55,019 nucleotides of DNA from Campylobacteraceae bacterium (GCA_026983875.1 JALSTG010000089.1:1-55019); one strand, 5' to 3'. Positions 1-10,649 are shown, numbered from the stretch's first letter. A program made the numbers and translations. Notes: generated from the letters alone by a model not told the origin.

Positions 1-307
1 GAGTCTTTCCCTTGACGTTGGCCCGGTAGCCGACCCCGTTGATCTCCAGGGATTTTTTGAATCCCTGATCCAGGCCGATGACGATGTTGTTGAACAAAGA
101 GCGGTAGGTCCCCCAAAAGGCGGAGGACTCTTTGGAGTCATCCTTTCGGGTAAAGACCACCTCGTTGTCTTTGACCTCTACATTGACGCGTCCGTGCGTC
201 TCCAAGCGCTTCTCCAGGTTGCCTTTTTTGGCGACCAACTCGGTTCCTTCGATCTTCACCTCGATTCCGGAGGGAACGGTGACGGGTACTTTTCCTACGC
301 GTGACAT
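1..307 (-). CDS. rplF: 50S ribosomal protein L6 (5' part; truncated by window edge)
   Basis: Reverse strand from ATG at 307 reads MSRVGKVPVTVPSGIEVKIEG..., the L6 N-terminus; it follows rpsH in spc operon order. Confidence 0.95.
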   Translation of the reverse strand, partial: MSRVGKVPVTVPSGIEVKIEGTELVAKKGNLEKRLETHGRVNVEVKDNEVVFTRKDDSKESSAFWGTYRSLFNNIVIGLDQGFKKSLEINGVGYRANVKGKT

Positions 308-316
308 GTTTCCTCC

Positions 317-712
317 TTACCAGATGCTGCAGATGACTTCGCCACCGCGACCCTGCTTGTAGGCTTCATCATTGGGAAGCACGCCGGCACTGGTGGATAC
401 GATCAACGTTCCATATCCATTCTTGAAACGCTTGATCTCCTCTTTGCCCTTGTAGATACGACGACCGGGCTTGGAGATCTTTTTGATCTCGTTGATCACG
501 CTCTGACCGTTGTCGTCATACTTGAGCACTACTTTGATGGTCTTTTTGTTGCCATCTTCTTCGACCGAATAACTCTCCAGATAACCCTTCTCAACAAGGA
601 TCGCAACGATGGACTCAATCATCTTGGAGTGGAGAAGTTCGGTCGTCTCCAGCCTGCGTTGAGCTGCGTTTCTGATCCGAGTAAGAGAGTCTGCAATAAT
701 GTCTGTCATCAT
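317..712 (-). CDS. rpsH: 30S ribosomal protein S8
   Basis: [15 protein letters not shown]...ISKPGRRIY...GGEVICSIW. Confidence 0.98.
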   Translation of the reverse strand: MMTDIIADSLTRIRNAAQRRLETTELLHSKMIESIVAILVEKGYLESYSVEEDGNKKTIKVVLKYDDNGQSVINEIKKISKPGRRIYKGKEEIKRFKNGYGTLIVSTSAGVLPNDEAYKQGRGGEVICSIW

Positions 713-726
713 CTTTTACTCCTTGT

Positions 727-912
727 TTACCAGCTAGCTTTACGCATGCCGGGAATCTGACCTTCAGAGGCCATCTTTCTCAGACAAATCCGGCAGATCC
801 CGAAATCTCTGTATACAGAGTGGGGACGGCCGCAAATGTTACAGCGGGTGTATGCCTGAACCGCAAACTTGGGCTTGCGCTTCTGCTTGGCGATCATAGA
901 CTTCTTTGCCAT
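727..912 (-). CDS. rpsZ: 30S ribosomal protein S14, short zinc-binding type Z
   Basis: 61 aa, RCNICGR...CRIC, ends KASW. Confidence 0.97.
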   Translation of the reverse strand: MAKKSMIAKQKRKPKFAVQAYTRCNICGRPHSVYRDFGICRICLRKMASEGQIPGMRKASW

Positions 913-1457
913 TACTTTCTCCCTTTCGCAAACGGCATGCCCAGCTTCTCCAGCAGGACGAATGCCTCTTTGTCGTCGTCGGTGCTGGTGACGATCGTGA
1001 TGTTCATACCGTGGGTCTTCATAATATTGTCATAGACCACTTCGGGAAACATCAGCTGCTCGTCGAGACCGAAGTTGTAGTTGCCGCGTCCATCAAATCC
1101 TTTGCGGGGCACACCCCGGAAGTCCTTCACCCGGGGAAGGGCGATGGAGATCAGTTTGTCCAGGAAATTATACATGTTTTCGCCCCGGAGCGTGACCTTG
1201 ATGCCGCTGGGAGCCCCTTCACGGGCCTTGAATCCGGCGACGGATTTCTTAGCCAGGGTGATGACGGCGTGCTGTCCGGCGATCAGGCTGATGGTATCGG
1301 CCATATTCTGGATCAGCTTGCTGTCCTTGCCCTCTTCCCCGGCACCGACGCTGATGACGATCTTTTCCAGCTTGGGCGTCTGCATGACGTTCTGGATCCC
1401 CAGCTCTTCCCGAAGTGCGGGAACGATGCTTGCATATTTCTCTTTCATCCGGCTCAT
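912..1457 (-). CDS. rplE: 50S ribosomal protein L5
   Basis: [11 protein letters not shown]...LPRVKDFRG...FDGRGNY. Confidence 0.98.
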   Translation of the reverse strand: MSRMKEKYASIVPALREELGIQNVMQTPKLEKIVISVGAGEEGKDSKLIQNMADTISLIAGQHAVITLAKKSVAGFKAREGAPSGIKVTLRGENMYNFLDKLISIALPRVKDFRGVPRKGFDGRGNYNFGLDEQLMFPEVVYDNIMKTHGMNITIVTSTDDDKEAFVLLEKLGMPFAKGRK

Positions 1458-1459
1458 CT

Positions 1460-1693
1460 TCAGCCCTCCACTTTCTTGACGTTGGAGATGTGGATGGGCA
1501 TCTCTTTGGTGATAAAGCCCCCCTCTTTGTTCTCCTCGCTGGGCTTGACCGCCTTACGAACGGTCTTGCAACCTGCGACGATGACAGCGTCTTTCTTGGG
1601 CAGGACCCGAAGGACCTCGCCGGTCTTGCCTTTGTCATCACCGGCGATGATCATCACCTGATCACCCTTTTTGATCTTTAATTTCTTTGCCAT
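1460..1693 (-). CDS. rplX: 50S ribosomal protein L24
   Basis: [23 protein letters not shown] motif; start taken at the ATG overlapping the rplN stop. Confidence 0.97.
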   Translation of the reverse strand: MAKKLKIKKGDQVMIIAGDDKGKTGEVLRVLPKKDAVIVAGCKTVRKAVKPSEENKEGGFITKEMPIHISNVKKVEG

Positions 1694-2061
1694 TACCATA
1701 CCTCCGGTGCGAGCGATACGATCTTCATGAAGCCCGCATAGCGTGTCTCACGGCTGACGGGCCCGAAGATCCGGGTGCCGATGGGCTCTTTCTTGTCGTC
1801 GATAATCACGGCCGCGTTGTCGTCGAAACGGATCAGGGACCCGTTTTCACGCTGGATCTCTTTTTTGGTCCGCACGACTACGGCCTTGACGACCTTACCT
1901 TTCTTGACCTTTCCGTTGGGAAGCGCTTTTTTGACGGAAGCGACGATCACGTCTCCGACGCTGGCATAACGCCGCTTCGATCCCCCCAGAACCTTGATGC
2001 ACATAATCTCTTTTGCGCCGCTGTTGTCCGCGACGTTCAGACGGGTGAAACTCTGGATCAT
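1693..2061 (-). CDS. rplN: 50S ribosomal protein L14
   Basis: [17 protein letters not shown]...RFDDNAAV...SLAPEV. Confidence 0.98.
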   Translation of the reverse strand: MIQSFTRLNVADNSGAKEIMCIKVLGGSKRRYASVGDVIVASVKKALPNGKVKKGKVVKAVVVRTKKEIQRENGSLIRFDDNAAVIIDDKKEPIGTRIFGPVSRETRYAGFMKIVSLAPEVW

Positions 2062-2309
2062 CAGCCCTCTCCTCTCTCAACGATTTCGAGAAGTCGGAAC
2101 GCTTTGTTCTTCGACAGCGGTCGGCACTCGATGGCGCTGACGGTATCTCCGACATTGCTTTCGTTCTTCTCGTCGTGTACCAGATATTTTTTGAAACGCT
2201 TAACAGTCTTGTGGTAACGAGGGTGCAGAACCTTCCGCTCTACAAGTACCGTGGCGGTTTTGTCTCCGGCCTTCTTGATGACCGTTCCTGAAATGACTCT
2301 TTTCGGCAT
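2061..2309 (-). CDS. rpsQ: 30S ribosomal protein S17
   Basis: DKTATV...HPRYHK...HDE...ECRPLSKNK. Confidence 0.97.
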   Translation of the reverse strand: MPKRVISGTVIKKAGDKTATVLVERKVLHPRYHKTVKRFKKYLVHDEKNESNVGDTVSAIECRPLSKNKAFRLLEIVERGEG

Positions 2310-2319
2310 GCTCTACCCT

Positions 2320-2511
2320 TTACTTGGATCTTGCGGCACTCAACGCCGTCATGATTCTTGCGACATCTTTTTTAGCCGCTCTCAGCTCGCTGGTATTGGT
2401 CAGCTGCATTGTCTTGAGCTTCGCCCGAAGGGTGAAAACTTCCAGCTTTTTCTCTTTGAGCAGCGTCTCCAGCTCTTGGACGCTCTTATCTTGCAAATCA
2501 GTATATTTCAT
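2320..2511 (-). CDS. rpmC: 50S ribosomal protein L29
   Basis: 63-aa helical protein ending KKDVARIMT; position between rplP and rpsQ. Confidence 0.96.
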   Translation of the reverse strand: MKYTDLQDKSVQELETLLKEKKLEVFTLRAKLKTMQLTNTSELRAAKKDVARIMTALSAARSK

Positions 2512-2923
2512 TGCTCTCTTCCCTTGAAATGATTTTCGTCTTGAAAGGAAGCTTATGGCAAGCCAGAGTCAGAGCTTCCCGAGCCAACGCTTCGGGGACA
2601 CCCGCCATCTCGAAGATGATCCGGCCGGGCTTGATATTCATGACCCACTTCTCGACGGCTCCCTTACCTTTACCCATCCGGGTCTCCAAAGGTTTCTTGG
2701 TCAAAGGCTTGTCGGGGAAAACCCGGATCCAGGTTTTCCCGGTCCGGCTGACCCGACGGGTCATGGCAATACGGGCCGACTCGATCTGCCGAGAGTCGAT
2801 ACGCCCTGCTTCCGTTGCTTTGATGGCAAATTCGCCAAACTCAATTCTATTTCCACGGAAGGATTTACCGCGGTTGCGGCCCTTCTGCTGCTTTCTCCAC
2901 TTGGTTCTTTTGGGCATCAGCAT
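2498..2923 (-). CDS. rplP: 50S ribosomal protein L16
   Basis: [11 protein letters not shown]...RMGKGKG. Confidence 0.98.
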   Translation of the reverse strand: MLMPKRTKWRKQQKGRNRGKSFRGNRIEFGEFAIKATEAGRIDSRQIESARIAMTRRVSRTGKTWIRVFPDKPLTKKPLETRMGKGKGAVEKWVMNIKPGRIIFEMAGVPEALAREALTLACHKLPFKTKIISREESNEIY

Positions 2924-2925
2924 GA

Positions 2926-3618
2926 TTATTCACCTCTTCTTCTGGGTTTACGGCTGCGGCGCTCTTCCTTGGGCTCGGCCTGGATTCCTTTCTGAAGCAC
3001 TTCGCCTTTGAAGATCCAGACTTTGACGCCGATGTTGCCATAGGTGGTCAGTGCCTCGGCAAAACCGTAGTCGATTTTTGCCCGCAGGGTATGCAGAGGA
3101 ACGCGGCCCTCGAGATACCACTCGGTACGCGCCATTTCGGCTCCGCCGAGACGGCCGGCGACCTGGACCTTGATTCCTTTGGCTCCCGACTTGAGAGCAC
3201 CCTGAATCGCCTTTTTCATCGCACGACGGAAGGCGACGCGGCGCTCCAGCTGGGTCGCGATGTTCTCGGCCGCCAGTTGAGCAGAGGCCTGGGGGCGTTT
3301 CTCTTCTTTGATATTGATGGCAACCTCTTTGCCCAGCATCTTCTGGAGATTTGCCTTGAGTTTCTCGATGTCCGCACCGCGCTTGCCGATGATAATCCCG
3401 GGACGGGCGGTAACGATGGTGATACGGATCTTTTTCACCGTCCGCTCGATGATGATATTGCTCACCCCCGCATAGAAAAGCTCCTTTTTCAGGAACTTAC
3501 GAATTTTGTAGTCTTCGGCGACAAAAGAGGGAGCGCGGTCCTTGGCGGGATACCATCGAGACTCCCAGTTGCGGTTAATTCCCAGTCTAAGACCGATAGG
3601 ATTGACTTTCTGACCCAT
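2926..3618 (-). CDS. rpsC: 30S ribosomal protein S3
   Basis: [13 protein letters not shown]...[10 protein letters not shown]. Confidence 0.98.
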   Translation of the reverse strand: MGQKVNPIGLRLGINRNWESRWYPAKDRAPSFVAEDYKIRKFLKKELFYAGVSNIIIERTVKKIRITIVTARPGIIIGKRGADIEKLKANLQKMLGKEVAINIKEEKRPQASAQLAAENIATQLERRVAFRRAMKKAIQGALKSGAKGIKVQVAGRLGGAEMARTEWYLEGRVPLHTLRAKIDYGFAEALTTYGNIGVKVWIFKGEVLQKGIQAEPKEERRSRKPRRRGE

Positions 3619-4272
3619 TTACGCTTCCTTTGTATTGAGGATATTTTTGGCATCGGCTACCGACTCTTTGAAATCGCCCTTGAAGCTATACTTCTCCTCC
3701 ATCATGGCGATCTGCTCTTCGCTCATATTGGCAACATCTTCATAGGTGTAGATGCCTTCATCGTTGAGCTTTTGCTGGTAGGCTTTGCCGATTCCTTTGA
3801 TCTTGGTCAGATCGTCGCCCTTCTTTTCGGTCGCTTTGACCGCTTCCTTGGCTGCGGCTTTGGCCGCCGTCTCGGCGGGAGCTTCCTTCTTCGTGGACGT
3901 TCCCTTCTTCGCGGCCTTTTTTGCAGGCTTCTTCTCGGCTTTGGGAGCTTCGGCTCCGGCTTCCGCTACCTCCACGATAATGTGGGAGGTGGGTTTGAGA
4001 ATGCGTGTCGCGGTTCCGCGAGCCCGGGGACGCCAACGTTTCATCACGGCGGCTTTGTCAACGCGGCAAGAGGTGATCACCACCTCTTCAGGCTCGTAGT
4101 CACCGTTGGCCACGGCACTGGCGATGACTTTGGAAATGATTCCGGCAGCCTTGTTGGGCATGAAATCAAGAGCGGCCAGGGCCAGCTCTGCGTTCATCCC
4201 TTGGACTTCCCGGGCAACCAGCCGCGCTTTAGTCGGAGAGACGCGGACATATCTGAGTACTGCTCTGCTCAT
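3619..4272 (-). CDS. rplV: 50S ribosomal protein L22 with Ala/Lys/Glu-rich linker and C-terminal HhH-like domain
   Basis: L22 core ([11 protein letters not shown]...RPRARG...TSHIIV) followed by a ~110-aa extension that includes [10 protein letters not shown]...LNDEGIYT. Confidence 0.95.
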   Translation of the reverse strand: MSRAVLRYVRVSPTKARLVAREVQGMNAELALAALDFMPNKAAGIISKVIASAVANGDYEPEEVVITSCRVDKAAVMKRWRPRARGTATRILKPTSHIIVEVAEAGAEAPKAEKKPAKKAAKKGTSTKKEAPAETAAKAAAKEAVKATEKKGDDLTKIKGIGKAYQQKLNDEGIYTYEDVANMSEEQIAMMEEKYSFKGDFKESVADAKNILNTKEA

Positions 4273-4274
4273 GA

Positions 4275-4553
4275 TCAACCTACCTTCTTCTGGACACTAC
4301 CTTTGTGTCCTTTGAATGTGCGGGTGGGGGCAAATTCACCCAATTTGTAGCCGACATGGTTCTCCGTGATATAGACGGGAACAAATTGTCGCCCGTTGTG
4401 GACGTTGATGGTCAGGCCGATCATCTCGGGGAAGATGACCGAGCGGCGTGACCAGGTTTTGATGGGCTTGTTGGAACCCTCCTCTTTTGCTTTGAGGACC
4501 TTTTTCATCAGATGGTCGTCGATAAACGGACCTTTTTTCAGTGATCGTGCCAT
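4275..4553 (-). CDS. rpsS: 30S ribosomal protein S19
   Basis: [12 protein letters not shown]...KLGEFAPTR. Confidence 0.98.
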   Translation of the reverse strand: MARSLKKGPFIDDHLMKKVLKAKEEGSNKPIKTWSRRSVIFPEMIGLTINVHNGRQFVPVYITENHVGYKLGEFAPTRTFKGHKGSVQKKVG

Positions 4554-4562
4554 ACTTATCCC

Positions 4563-5393
4563 TTACTTTTTCTTCTTGCGTGAGATGATCAGCTTGTCGC
4601 TGGCCTTCTTGCGGCGGGTCTTGTAGCCTTTGGTCGGCATACCCCAAGGAGAGACGGGATGACGACCGGAGTTGGTCTTCCCTTCACCACCTCCGTGGGG
4701 GTGGTCGATGGGGTTCATCGCCGAACCGCGGGTCTGGGGGCGGATACCGCGGTGACGGTTCCGTCCGGCTTTTCCGATGACCATGTTGGCGAAGTCTTCG
4801 TTGCCGATGGTGCCGACAGTCGCCATACACTCACCAAGAATGTAGCGCATCTCACCGGAAGGCAGGCGCAGAGAGACGTACTTGCCGTCCCGACCCATAA
4901 TCTGGGCATATCCTCCGGCGCTCCGGGCGATTTTCCCGCCCTGACCGGGATTCATTTCGATGTTGTGGACCAGGGTACCGACGGGGATGTTCTTAAGCCT
5001 CATGGCATTGCCGGGCTTAATATCCAAGCCTGCTTCGGCCGCCATAACGACATCACCCACTTTGACGCCCTTGGGCTGGAGGATGTAGCGCTTCTCGCCG
5101 TCAATATAGTTGACGAGACAGATCCGGCAGTTACGATAGGGATCATACTCGACGGTGGCGATGCGACCCTCGACGCCAAACTTGTTACGCTTGAAATCGA
5201 TGATCCGATAGAGCTTTTTAGCTCCGGCTTCCTTGTGGCGGGAAGTGATCCGGCCATTATTGTTGCGGCCCGCTTTGCGGGGGAGTTTTTTCAGCAGAGA
5301 GCGCACACTCGCCTTGGCGGTGATATCGCTGCTGTCCAGGACCGTCATAAAACGACGGGAAGGTGTGGTCGGTTTGAATGTTTTAATTGCCAT
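4563..5393 (-). CDS. rplB: 50S ribosomal protein L2
   Basis: GRNNNGRIT...[13 protein letters not shown]. Confidence 0.99.
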   Translation of the reverse strand: MAIKTFKPTTPSRRFMTVLDSSDITAKASVRSLLKKLPRKAGRNNNGRITSRHKEAGAKKLYRIIDFKRNKFGVEGRIATVEYDPYRNCRICLVNYIDGEKRYILQPKGVKVGDVVMAAEAGLDIKPGNAMRLKNIPVGTLVHNIEMNPGQGGKIARSAGGYAQIMGRDGKYVSLRLPSGEMRYILGECMATVGTIGNEDFANMVIGKAGRNRHRGIRPQTRGSAMNPIDHPHGGGEGKTNSGRHPVSPWGMPTKGYKTRRKKASDKLIISRKKKK

Positions 5394-5403
5394 CGCTATC
5401 CCC

Positions 5404-5685
5404 TTATACCGCTAGGCTTTCGATCTTGGCGTCTTCAGGGAGCTTGACGTAAAACTTTTTGCTGTCGGCACGCTTGCCTTCTACTCCCTTAAACCGCTTG
5501 ACTTTCCCGTTGACCCGCATGGAGTTGACCTTGAGGGGCTTGATGCCGAAATACTCTTTGAAGACCTCTTTGAGGCCATTCTTGGTCATTCGGGGCGTCG
5601 TCTGAACGACAATCACGCCTTCCTCCTGCAGACCCAGGGTCTTTTCCGTATAGATAATTGCTTTGATGTCTGTAATATCTGCCAT
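5404..5685 (-). CDS. rplW: 50S ribosomal protein L23
   Basis: YTEKT...KVNS...KKFYVKL; operon position. Confidence 0.97.
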   Translation of the reverse strand: MADITDIKAIIYTEKTLGLQEEGVIVVQTTPRMTKNGLKEVFKEYFGIKPLKVNSMRVNGKVKRFKGVEGKRADSKKFYVKLPEDAKIESLAV

Positions 5686-5688
5686 GCC

Positions 5689-6282
5689 TTAACCCTCGTT
5701 TGTCAGTTTGTCCCAGACGGCTTTTTCAATCACGATGGCGTGATATGCCGCGGCCAGGTATCCGTTGAGCTCGTTCTCTTCGATGAGATAGCTCTGCTGC
5801 AGGTTGCGGAATGCCAGGAAGGTCTTGTCGTCGATCATCTCTTTGACTACCAGCAGATCACGCTGATCAAAAGAGTCGACGAAAGCCTTGGCATCCTTGG
5901 TTTTGCCACTCTCGATGGCAACAGTGTCAACGACGAAAAGTTTCTCGTTGGCTGCTTTTTCCGCCAGAGCGTGCATTAGCGCCAGACGCTTCTGCTTTTT
6001 ATTGACCTTCTGGATGTAGTTCCGATCCGTACTGGGACCGAAAACGACCCCGCCGCCCCGGAAGTGGGGAGCTCTGATGGAGCCTTGCCGTGCCCGTCCG
6101 CCGCCTTTTTGGGCGAAGGGCTTCTTGCCACCGCCGCTGACGGCGGAGCGGTTCTTGGTCTGAGCCGTATTGGCACGCAGGTTCGCCGCGTAGGCTTTGC
6201 AGTAGAGATAGAGGTTATGAGGATGTACCTCCAGGAAGGCCTGGGGCAGATCCGTTGTTTTGATCACAGTTGCGTTACTCAT
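5689..6282 (-). CDS. rplD: 50S ribosomal protein L4
   Basis: [27 protein letters not shown]; true start taken at ATG 6282, overlapping the rplC stop (ATGA). Confidence 0.96.
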   Translation of the reverse strand: MSNATVIKTTDLPQAFLEVHPHNLYLYCKAYAANLRANTAQTKNRSAVSGGGKKPFAQKGGGRARQGSIRAPHFRGGGVVFGPSTDRNYIQKVNKKQKRLALMHALAEKAANEKLFVVDTVAIESGKTKDAKAFVDSFDQRDLLVVKEMIDDKTFLAFRNLQQSYLIEENELNGYLAAAYHAIVIEKAVWDKLTNEG

Positions 6283-6860
6283 TTGACAATCCTTACTACT
6301 CCACGGGCACCCTTGTGGCCGGGTACGGCTCCTTTGAGCACCAGGATGCCGTTCTCGGCATCGAAGGAGATCACTTCGTTTTTGACGGTCGTTTTTTTGT
6401 TCCCGTACTGGCCGGGCATCTTTTGACCGGGCTGAACCCGACCGGGCCATTCACACATACCGATAGATCCGGGAGCCCGGTGGAAGCGGCTTCCGTGGGC
6501 ACCGGGGCCTCCGGCGAAGTTGTGGCGCTTCATGACTCCGCTGAATCCGCGGCCCTTGCTGTTGAAGGAGGCCTTGACGACGCTGGCGTTGGCCAGAGGC
6601 TCAGTACTCAAGTCACCGGGCTCGGTGCCCTCGGCAACCTTGAGGGTCATAAATTTATTGAACTCTTTGGCGATGTCGTATTTCTTCTGCTGTCCTTCGA
6701 CCGCCTTGTTGATCTTCTTGCCGCTATGATAGGCGACCAGTGCTTTACCGTCTTCGCGAACTTCACACACTTTCGCTTCAACGACTTTCAGGAGCGTCAC
6801 GGGAACGCTGGGAACATCAACGGTACGGCTCATGCCGATTTTTTCTACGATAAATTCCAT
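6279..6860 (-). CDS. rplC: 50S ribosomal protein L3
   Basis: [15 protein letters not shown]...[13 protein letters not shown]. Confidence 0.98.
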   Translation of the reverse strand: MEFIVEKIGMSRTVDVPSVPVTLLKVVEAKVCEVREDGKALVAYHSGKKINKAVEGQQKKYDIAKEFNKFMTLKVAEGTEPGDLSTEPLANASVVKASFNSKGRGFSGVMKRHNFAGGPGAHGSRFHRAPGSIGMCEWPGRVQPGQKMPGQYGNKKTTVKNEVISFDAENGILVLKGAVPGHKGARGVVRIVK

Positions 6861-6870
6861 CCCTTACTCC

Positions 6871-7182
6871 TTACTTATCCATCGACCGGATTTCGACTTC
6901 CACTTCGGGAGCCAGATCCAGTTTCATCAGTGAATCGATCGTCTCGCTGGTAGCGGAGACGATATCGATCATCCGGGCGTGAATGCGAATCTCAAACTGC
7001 TCGCGGCTATCCTTATTGATGTGAGGAGAGCGAAGCACCGTATAGCGCTTGATCTTCGTGGGCATAGGGATAGGCCCCCGAAGCTCGGCGCCCGTACGGC
7101 GTACGGCATCCACGATGGAAGCCACGGAGCGGTCCAGAACACGGTGATCGTAAGCCTTAAGCTTCAATCGAATCTTTTCCAT
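6871..7182 (-). CDS. rpsJ: 30S ribosomal protein S10
   Basis: [15 protein letters not shown]...[14 protein letters not shown]. Confidence 0.99.
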   Translation of the reverse strand: MEKIRLKLKAYDHRVLDRSVASIVDAVRRTGAELRGPIPMPTKIKRYTVLRSPHINKDSREQFEIRIHARMIDIVSATSETIDSLMKLDLAPEVEVEIRSMDK

Positions 7183-7238
7183 TTTTTTCCTTATCTAAAG
7201 AACTCGCCGGTCGCCCGACATATTTTTTTGGGAACGTG

Positions 7239-7244
7239 ATTATA
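7239..7244 (-). promoter_or_regulatory. sigma70 -10 box (TATAAT) of the S10 operon
   Basis: Minus strand reads ctgTATAATcac about 55 nt upstream of the rpsJ start. Confidence 0.6.
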
Positions 7245-7328
7245 CAGAAGACCGGGCTCTTTTTCCTTTATTTTCAGTGCAAAAGCGCTATAGTTTTCAA
7301 AAATGTTTCCTTCATAAAAGGAAAAAAT

Positions 7329-8402
7329 ATGGAAATCCTCGATTCGTTTTACGATCAGAAGCCTCAAAACGATCTGTTTTACCCTCGTAAACTCCAGCTA
7401 CCCGAGCGCGGCCCTTTCGCCATTTTCGGTGCCCGGGCGACAGGGAAAAGCGCACTTATCCTGGACTGGCTCAAGGTTCGGCCGCCGGAGAGTTGGCTCT
7501 ACCTTGACGCTCAGGATCCGGTTTTTGCCTTTGAGGACATCGATGCGGATATGCTTGAGGAGTATTTGACCGAGGAGAAGATTCCTACGTTGATTATCGA
7601 TCACTGGTTTGAAGGTTTTCTCGATCGTCTGCCAAGGGCGGAGGAGCTTATCCTCGTCTCCCGTGCTTTTCCGGCGGATATGCCGTTGCCCCGATACGAA
7701 CTTTTCCCCCTGGATTACGAAGAGTTTCTCGGCTTTGACCGGGGCCACTCCCCTACTCAGACCTTTAACCGGTTCCTGAGGCTCGGGACCCTTCCTTCCA
7801 TCTCCCGCACGACTCCGCCGTCGTCACTTTTGAAACTTCGTGAACTCTTTTATGAGAAATACGATGATCAGGAGAGCCGCTTGCTTCTGATCCTGGCTCG
7901 TTTTCAGGGGCGGCGAGCCACCACCCATCAGATCTATACCGCCGCTCGGGAGTATTTTCGCATTTCGAAAGATTGGACATACCGTACCATTCGCCGTTTC
8001 GAAGAGGAGAAGATTCTCTATTTCATCCCGGAATCTCAGGGGACGGGTCGCAAATTGATCCTATACGATTTTCTCCTCAGCCGCTATCTGAACAAACGCC
8101 AACCCTTCCCCGTCACTTTCGACGCCATGGTGGCCCTGGCTCTGATCAAACACGGATTCCCGTTTTACGCTCTGGAGAATCTTGGATACCATATCGAGAC
8201 GGGCGAAGAGATTATTCTTCCCGCACCTTTTGAAAATGAAGAGCAGTTCTGGAAGCGGGCCCAGCAACACTACGGGGCCTTCAAAAAGAGCGGCGCACGG
8301 TTTGTAACAGTAGTAAGCGTCTCCAATCGTTTTCGTTTTCGCATCGGAATGATCGACTTTGAGGCCTTGCCATTTTATGAATGGAGCATACTGAATGAAT
8401 AG
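7329..8402 (+). CDS. AAA+ ATP-binding protein (AAA_14-like family)
   Basis: Walker A-like GARATGKS, LIIDH in the Walker B position, LFPLDYEEF motif; ATG 7329 preceded by AAAGG. Confidence 0.75.
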   Translation: MEILDSFYDQKPQNDLFYPRKLQLPERGPFAIFGARATGKSALILDWLKVRPPESWLYLDAQDPVFAFEDIDADMLEEYLTEEKIPTLIIDHWFEGFLDRLPRAEELILVSRAFPADMPLPRYELFPLDYEEFLGFDRGHSPTQTFNRFLRLGTLPSISRTTPPSSLLKLRELFYEKYDDQESRLLLILARFQGRRATTHQIYTAAREYFRISKDWTYRTIRRFEEEKILYFIPESQGTGRKLILYDFLLSRYLNKRQPFPVTFDAMVALALIKHGFPFYALENLGYHIETGEEIILPAPFENEEQFWKRAQQHYGAFKKSGARFVTVVSVSNRFRFRIGMIDFEALPFYEWSILNE

Positions 8403-8442
8403 GGAATAGGGAATAGGGAATAGGGAATAGGGAATAGGGAAT
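8397..8442. repeat. Heptamer tandem repeat (GAATAGG)x6 plus a partial copy
   Basis: Read directly; the first unit contains the TAG stop of the upstream gene. Confidence 0.95.
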
Positions 8443-8498
8443 TGTATGGATTGAGGATGAAAGTGTCAAGAAATAATGTTTGCTTTTTCGCTCGAATA

Positions 8499-8599
8499 CC
8501 TTCCCCAGATGACTGCGGCACACGGGAGCGGGAGGTGGGCTGCTATGTTCCCATCCTGACCCGGTGTCTCCCAAACCCGTTGCACAGGTCTGGGGAAGG
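8499..8599 (-). ncRNA. ffs: Signal recognition particle RNA (4.5S)
   Basis: Minus strand carries GGTCAGGATGGGAACATAGCAGCC (SRP helix-8 motif with GGAA loop), complementary ends CCTTCCCCAG/CTGGGGAAGG, and TATAAT at 8607-8612 on the minus strand. Confidence 0.9.
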
Positions 8600-8606
8600 C
8601 GCGTAA

Positions 8607-8666
8607 ATTATAGCCAAAACTTCCCGTTGAAGCAATATTGCTTTTTTAGCCCGGTTCCGCTATAAT
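8607..8666. promoter_or_regulatory. Divergent -10 boxes for ffs (minus, 8607-8612) and tRNA-Ser (plus, 8661-8666)
   Basis: gcTATAAT on each strand at suitable distances from the two RNA genes. Confidence 0.65.
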
Positions 8667-8683
8667 GGCGCCCTCCAAAAGAT

Positions 8684-8771
8684 AGAGGGGTGTCCGAGCG
8701 GTCGAAGGAGCACGCCTGGAACGCGTGTGTAGCGCAAGCTACCGTGGGTTCGAATCCCATCCCCTCTGCCA
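8684..8771 (+). tRNA. tRNA-Ser(GGA)
   Basis: Acceptor stem AGAGGGG/CCCCTCT, anticodon loop CT-GGA-AC, long variable arm, GTTCGAATC, 3' CCA. Confidence 0.97.
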
Positions 8772-8791
8772 CTCTCATTTTCCTTACTTTA

Positions 8792-9820
8792 TCAATGTTC
8801 TATTTGTTTTTCAATCAATTCTCTGATCTCAATATTCTCCCGATAGCAATAGGGACGGATTTTGGGGGGAATTTTTGCTTCTCTACACTGCTCCCTAAAA
8901 CTTTTCGGAACCTTCGTCTCGGGAATATACGGAGCGATATAGAGATACTCATCACGGCGCTCCACCGCCCAGCTTCTTCCGGCTACCAGGGATTCGCCTC
9001 GGTCGATTCGCTCCCGATCCGCCGCACTAAGGAGATAGCCCAGCGCTTTGAGCCCTTCGGCGGCAGCCCTGGAGGCACAAGCCGGATCTTCCAATCGATA
9101 AACCCTCAACGCTCTGGAAGCAAAGAGCAGATCCCGCCCCTCCTCCAGGGCCCGGCGATCCGCATCCAAGTATCGGAAACTTCGACAGATCCCCTCCCGA
9201 TTCGTCTCGATATAATCCCGACAAAGCCTTCGGATGCCCGCTCGCTCATTCTTTGTGCCTTCATTGCTCTCGTCGATGAAGTACTGATAAGCTCTATGGT
9301 CAAGAAAAGTCAGTAACTGCTGACGACTCACTTCGAGCAGAGGGCGTACGAGGCGATAACGCTTCCCTCCAGGCGTGCAACGATCCTCGACGGGCCGCAT
9401 CCCAGCCAACTCTACCGTTCCCGCTCCCCGGGCCAGACGCATCATCAGCCACTCCAATCGGTCGTTGAGCTGATGGGCCGTCATCAGAGTACGATACCCC
9501 TCTTGCTCAATGATCTCTTCGAAAAATCGGTAGCGGTACGCCCGGGCATGACGCTCGAAGCCGCTCTTCCAGCGCGGGGCCCGGGCGACAAATATCCGAA
9601 GCCCGTAATCCTCGGCCAACTTCCGGGCCGCGGCCTCCTCTCGATCCGCCTGAACTCTCACACCGTAATGAACAAAAGCCAAGTCGCAACGAATCCCCTT
9701 CTCACTGAGAAGATAAAAAAGTGCCGTAGAATCCACCCCATGGGAAAAGGCCAAGAGATAAGGTGCATCCGTCAGTAACGAAAGATCGATAGGAGGTTCA
9801 TACTCGGGAAAAATGGGCAT
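8792..9820 (-). CDS. tilS: tRNA(Ile)-lysidine synthetase
   Basis: PP-loop AFSHGVDS, ARAYRY, TAHQLND, LVRPLL, IDESN. Confidence 0.93.
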   Translation of the reverse strand: MPIFPEYEPPIDLSLLTDAPYLLAFSHGVDSTALFYLLSEKGIRCDLAFVHYGVRVQADREEAAARKLAEDYGLRIFVARAPRWKSGFERHARAYRYRFFEEIIEQEGYRTLMTAHQLNDRLEWLMMRLARGAGTVELAGMRPVEDRCTPGGKRYRLVRPLLEVSRQQLLTFLDHRAYQYFIDESNEGTKNERAGIRRLCRDYIETNREGICRSFRYLDADRRALEEGRDLLFASRALRVYRLEDPACASRAAAEGLKALGYLLSAADRERIDRGESLVAGRSWAVERRDEYLYIAPYIPETKVPKSFREQCREAKIPPKIRPYCYRENIEIRELIEKQIEH

Positions 9821-9944
9821 AAGAGCTTATCTTTACTCTAAAATGAGGTATTGGTGTGATTGTAGCATACCTGATAGATAAGTGATGCGTGTGAAGGAAA
9901 AAATAAGAGCGGCCATGAAGGCCTGCCCTCTCTTGGGGAGAGAA

Positions 9945-10649
9945 TTAGGAGAGAATCTCTTCGAGAGTGATATAGTCTCCGACGCGGCCGGTCATGGGCT
10001 CGACGTCGGTGTTGACGGGCAGAGTCTTCTTGCCGGGTCTCCAGCCTGCGGGGCAGACCTCGCCGGTCTTGTAGGCATGCTGATGCGCACGGATCTGGCG
10101 GATAAACTCCTCCACATTCCGGCCGACCGGGGGAGCCTGAACTTCCTGGGCAACAATCACGCCGTCGGGATTGATCAGGAAGCGTCCGCGCAGAGCCAGC
10201 CCGGCATCCTCGATCAGTACGCCGAATTTGCGGGCGACCTCCGTGGTAGGATCGGCACCGATAGTCAGCTTGAGGCCTTCAAGCAGTGGCTCGGTCTCTA
10301 CAAAGCGCTTGTGGCTGAACTTCGTGTCGGTGGAGATCGCCAGGACCTCGCAGCCCAGCTCACCCTTGATCGTATCGAGATGGGCGTTCATCGCCGCGAT
10401 CTCGGTGGGGCAGACGAAGGTGAAGTCTGCGGGATAGAAGCAGACGATGGTCCACTTGCCTTTGTAATCTTCGCTGCTCACTTCGGTGTAGTGCCCGGTC
10501 TCGGCATTGAAAGCCTCCATCTTGAACTCGGGCATATTTTTCAGTACCAGGACTCCTGCCTGTGTTGCGGTGTTCTCTTCCATTGTTACCTCCTCGGTAG
10601 TGGTATTGTTTTGGGTTTCGGTTGCTTCAGTCGGTTTGTCGCAAGCCAT
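9945..10649 (-). CDS. 2-Cys peroxiredoxin (AhpC/TSA family) with N-terminal extension; alternative start at 10583
   Basis: FYPADFTFVCPTE and EVCPAGW motifs; ATG 10649 has an AAGGAG SD and ATG 10583 has a GAGGAGG SD. Confidence 0.92.
   Translation of the reverse strand: MACDKPTEATETQNNTTTEEVTMEENTATQAGVLVLKNMPEFKMEAFNAETGHYTEVSSEDYKGKWTIVCFYPADFTFVCPTEIAAMNAHLDTIKGELGCEVLAISTDTKFSHKRFVETEPLLEGLKLTIGADPTTEVARKFGVLIEDAGLALRGRFLINPDGVIVAQEVQAPPVGRNVEEFIRQIRAHQHAYKTGEVCPAGWRPGKKTLPVNTDVEPMTGRVGDYITLEEILS

Noticed and set aside
8281-8574. 97-aa ORF with IPYSLFP repeats
   Set aside because: Translation artefact of the heptamer repeat and the SRP RNA.
8690-9316. 208-aa plus-strand ORF
   Set aside because: Starts inside tRNA-Ser and runs antisense to tilS.
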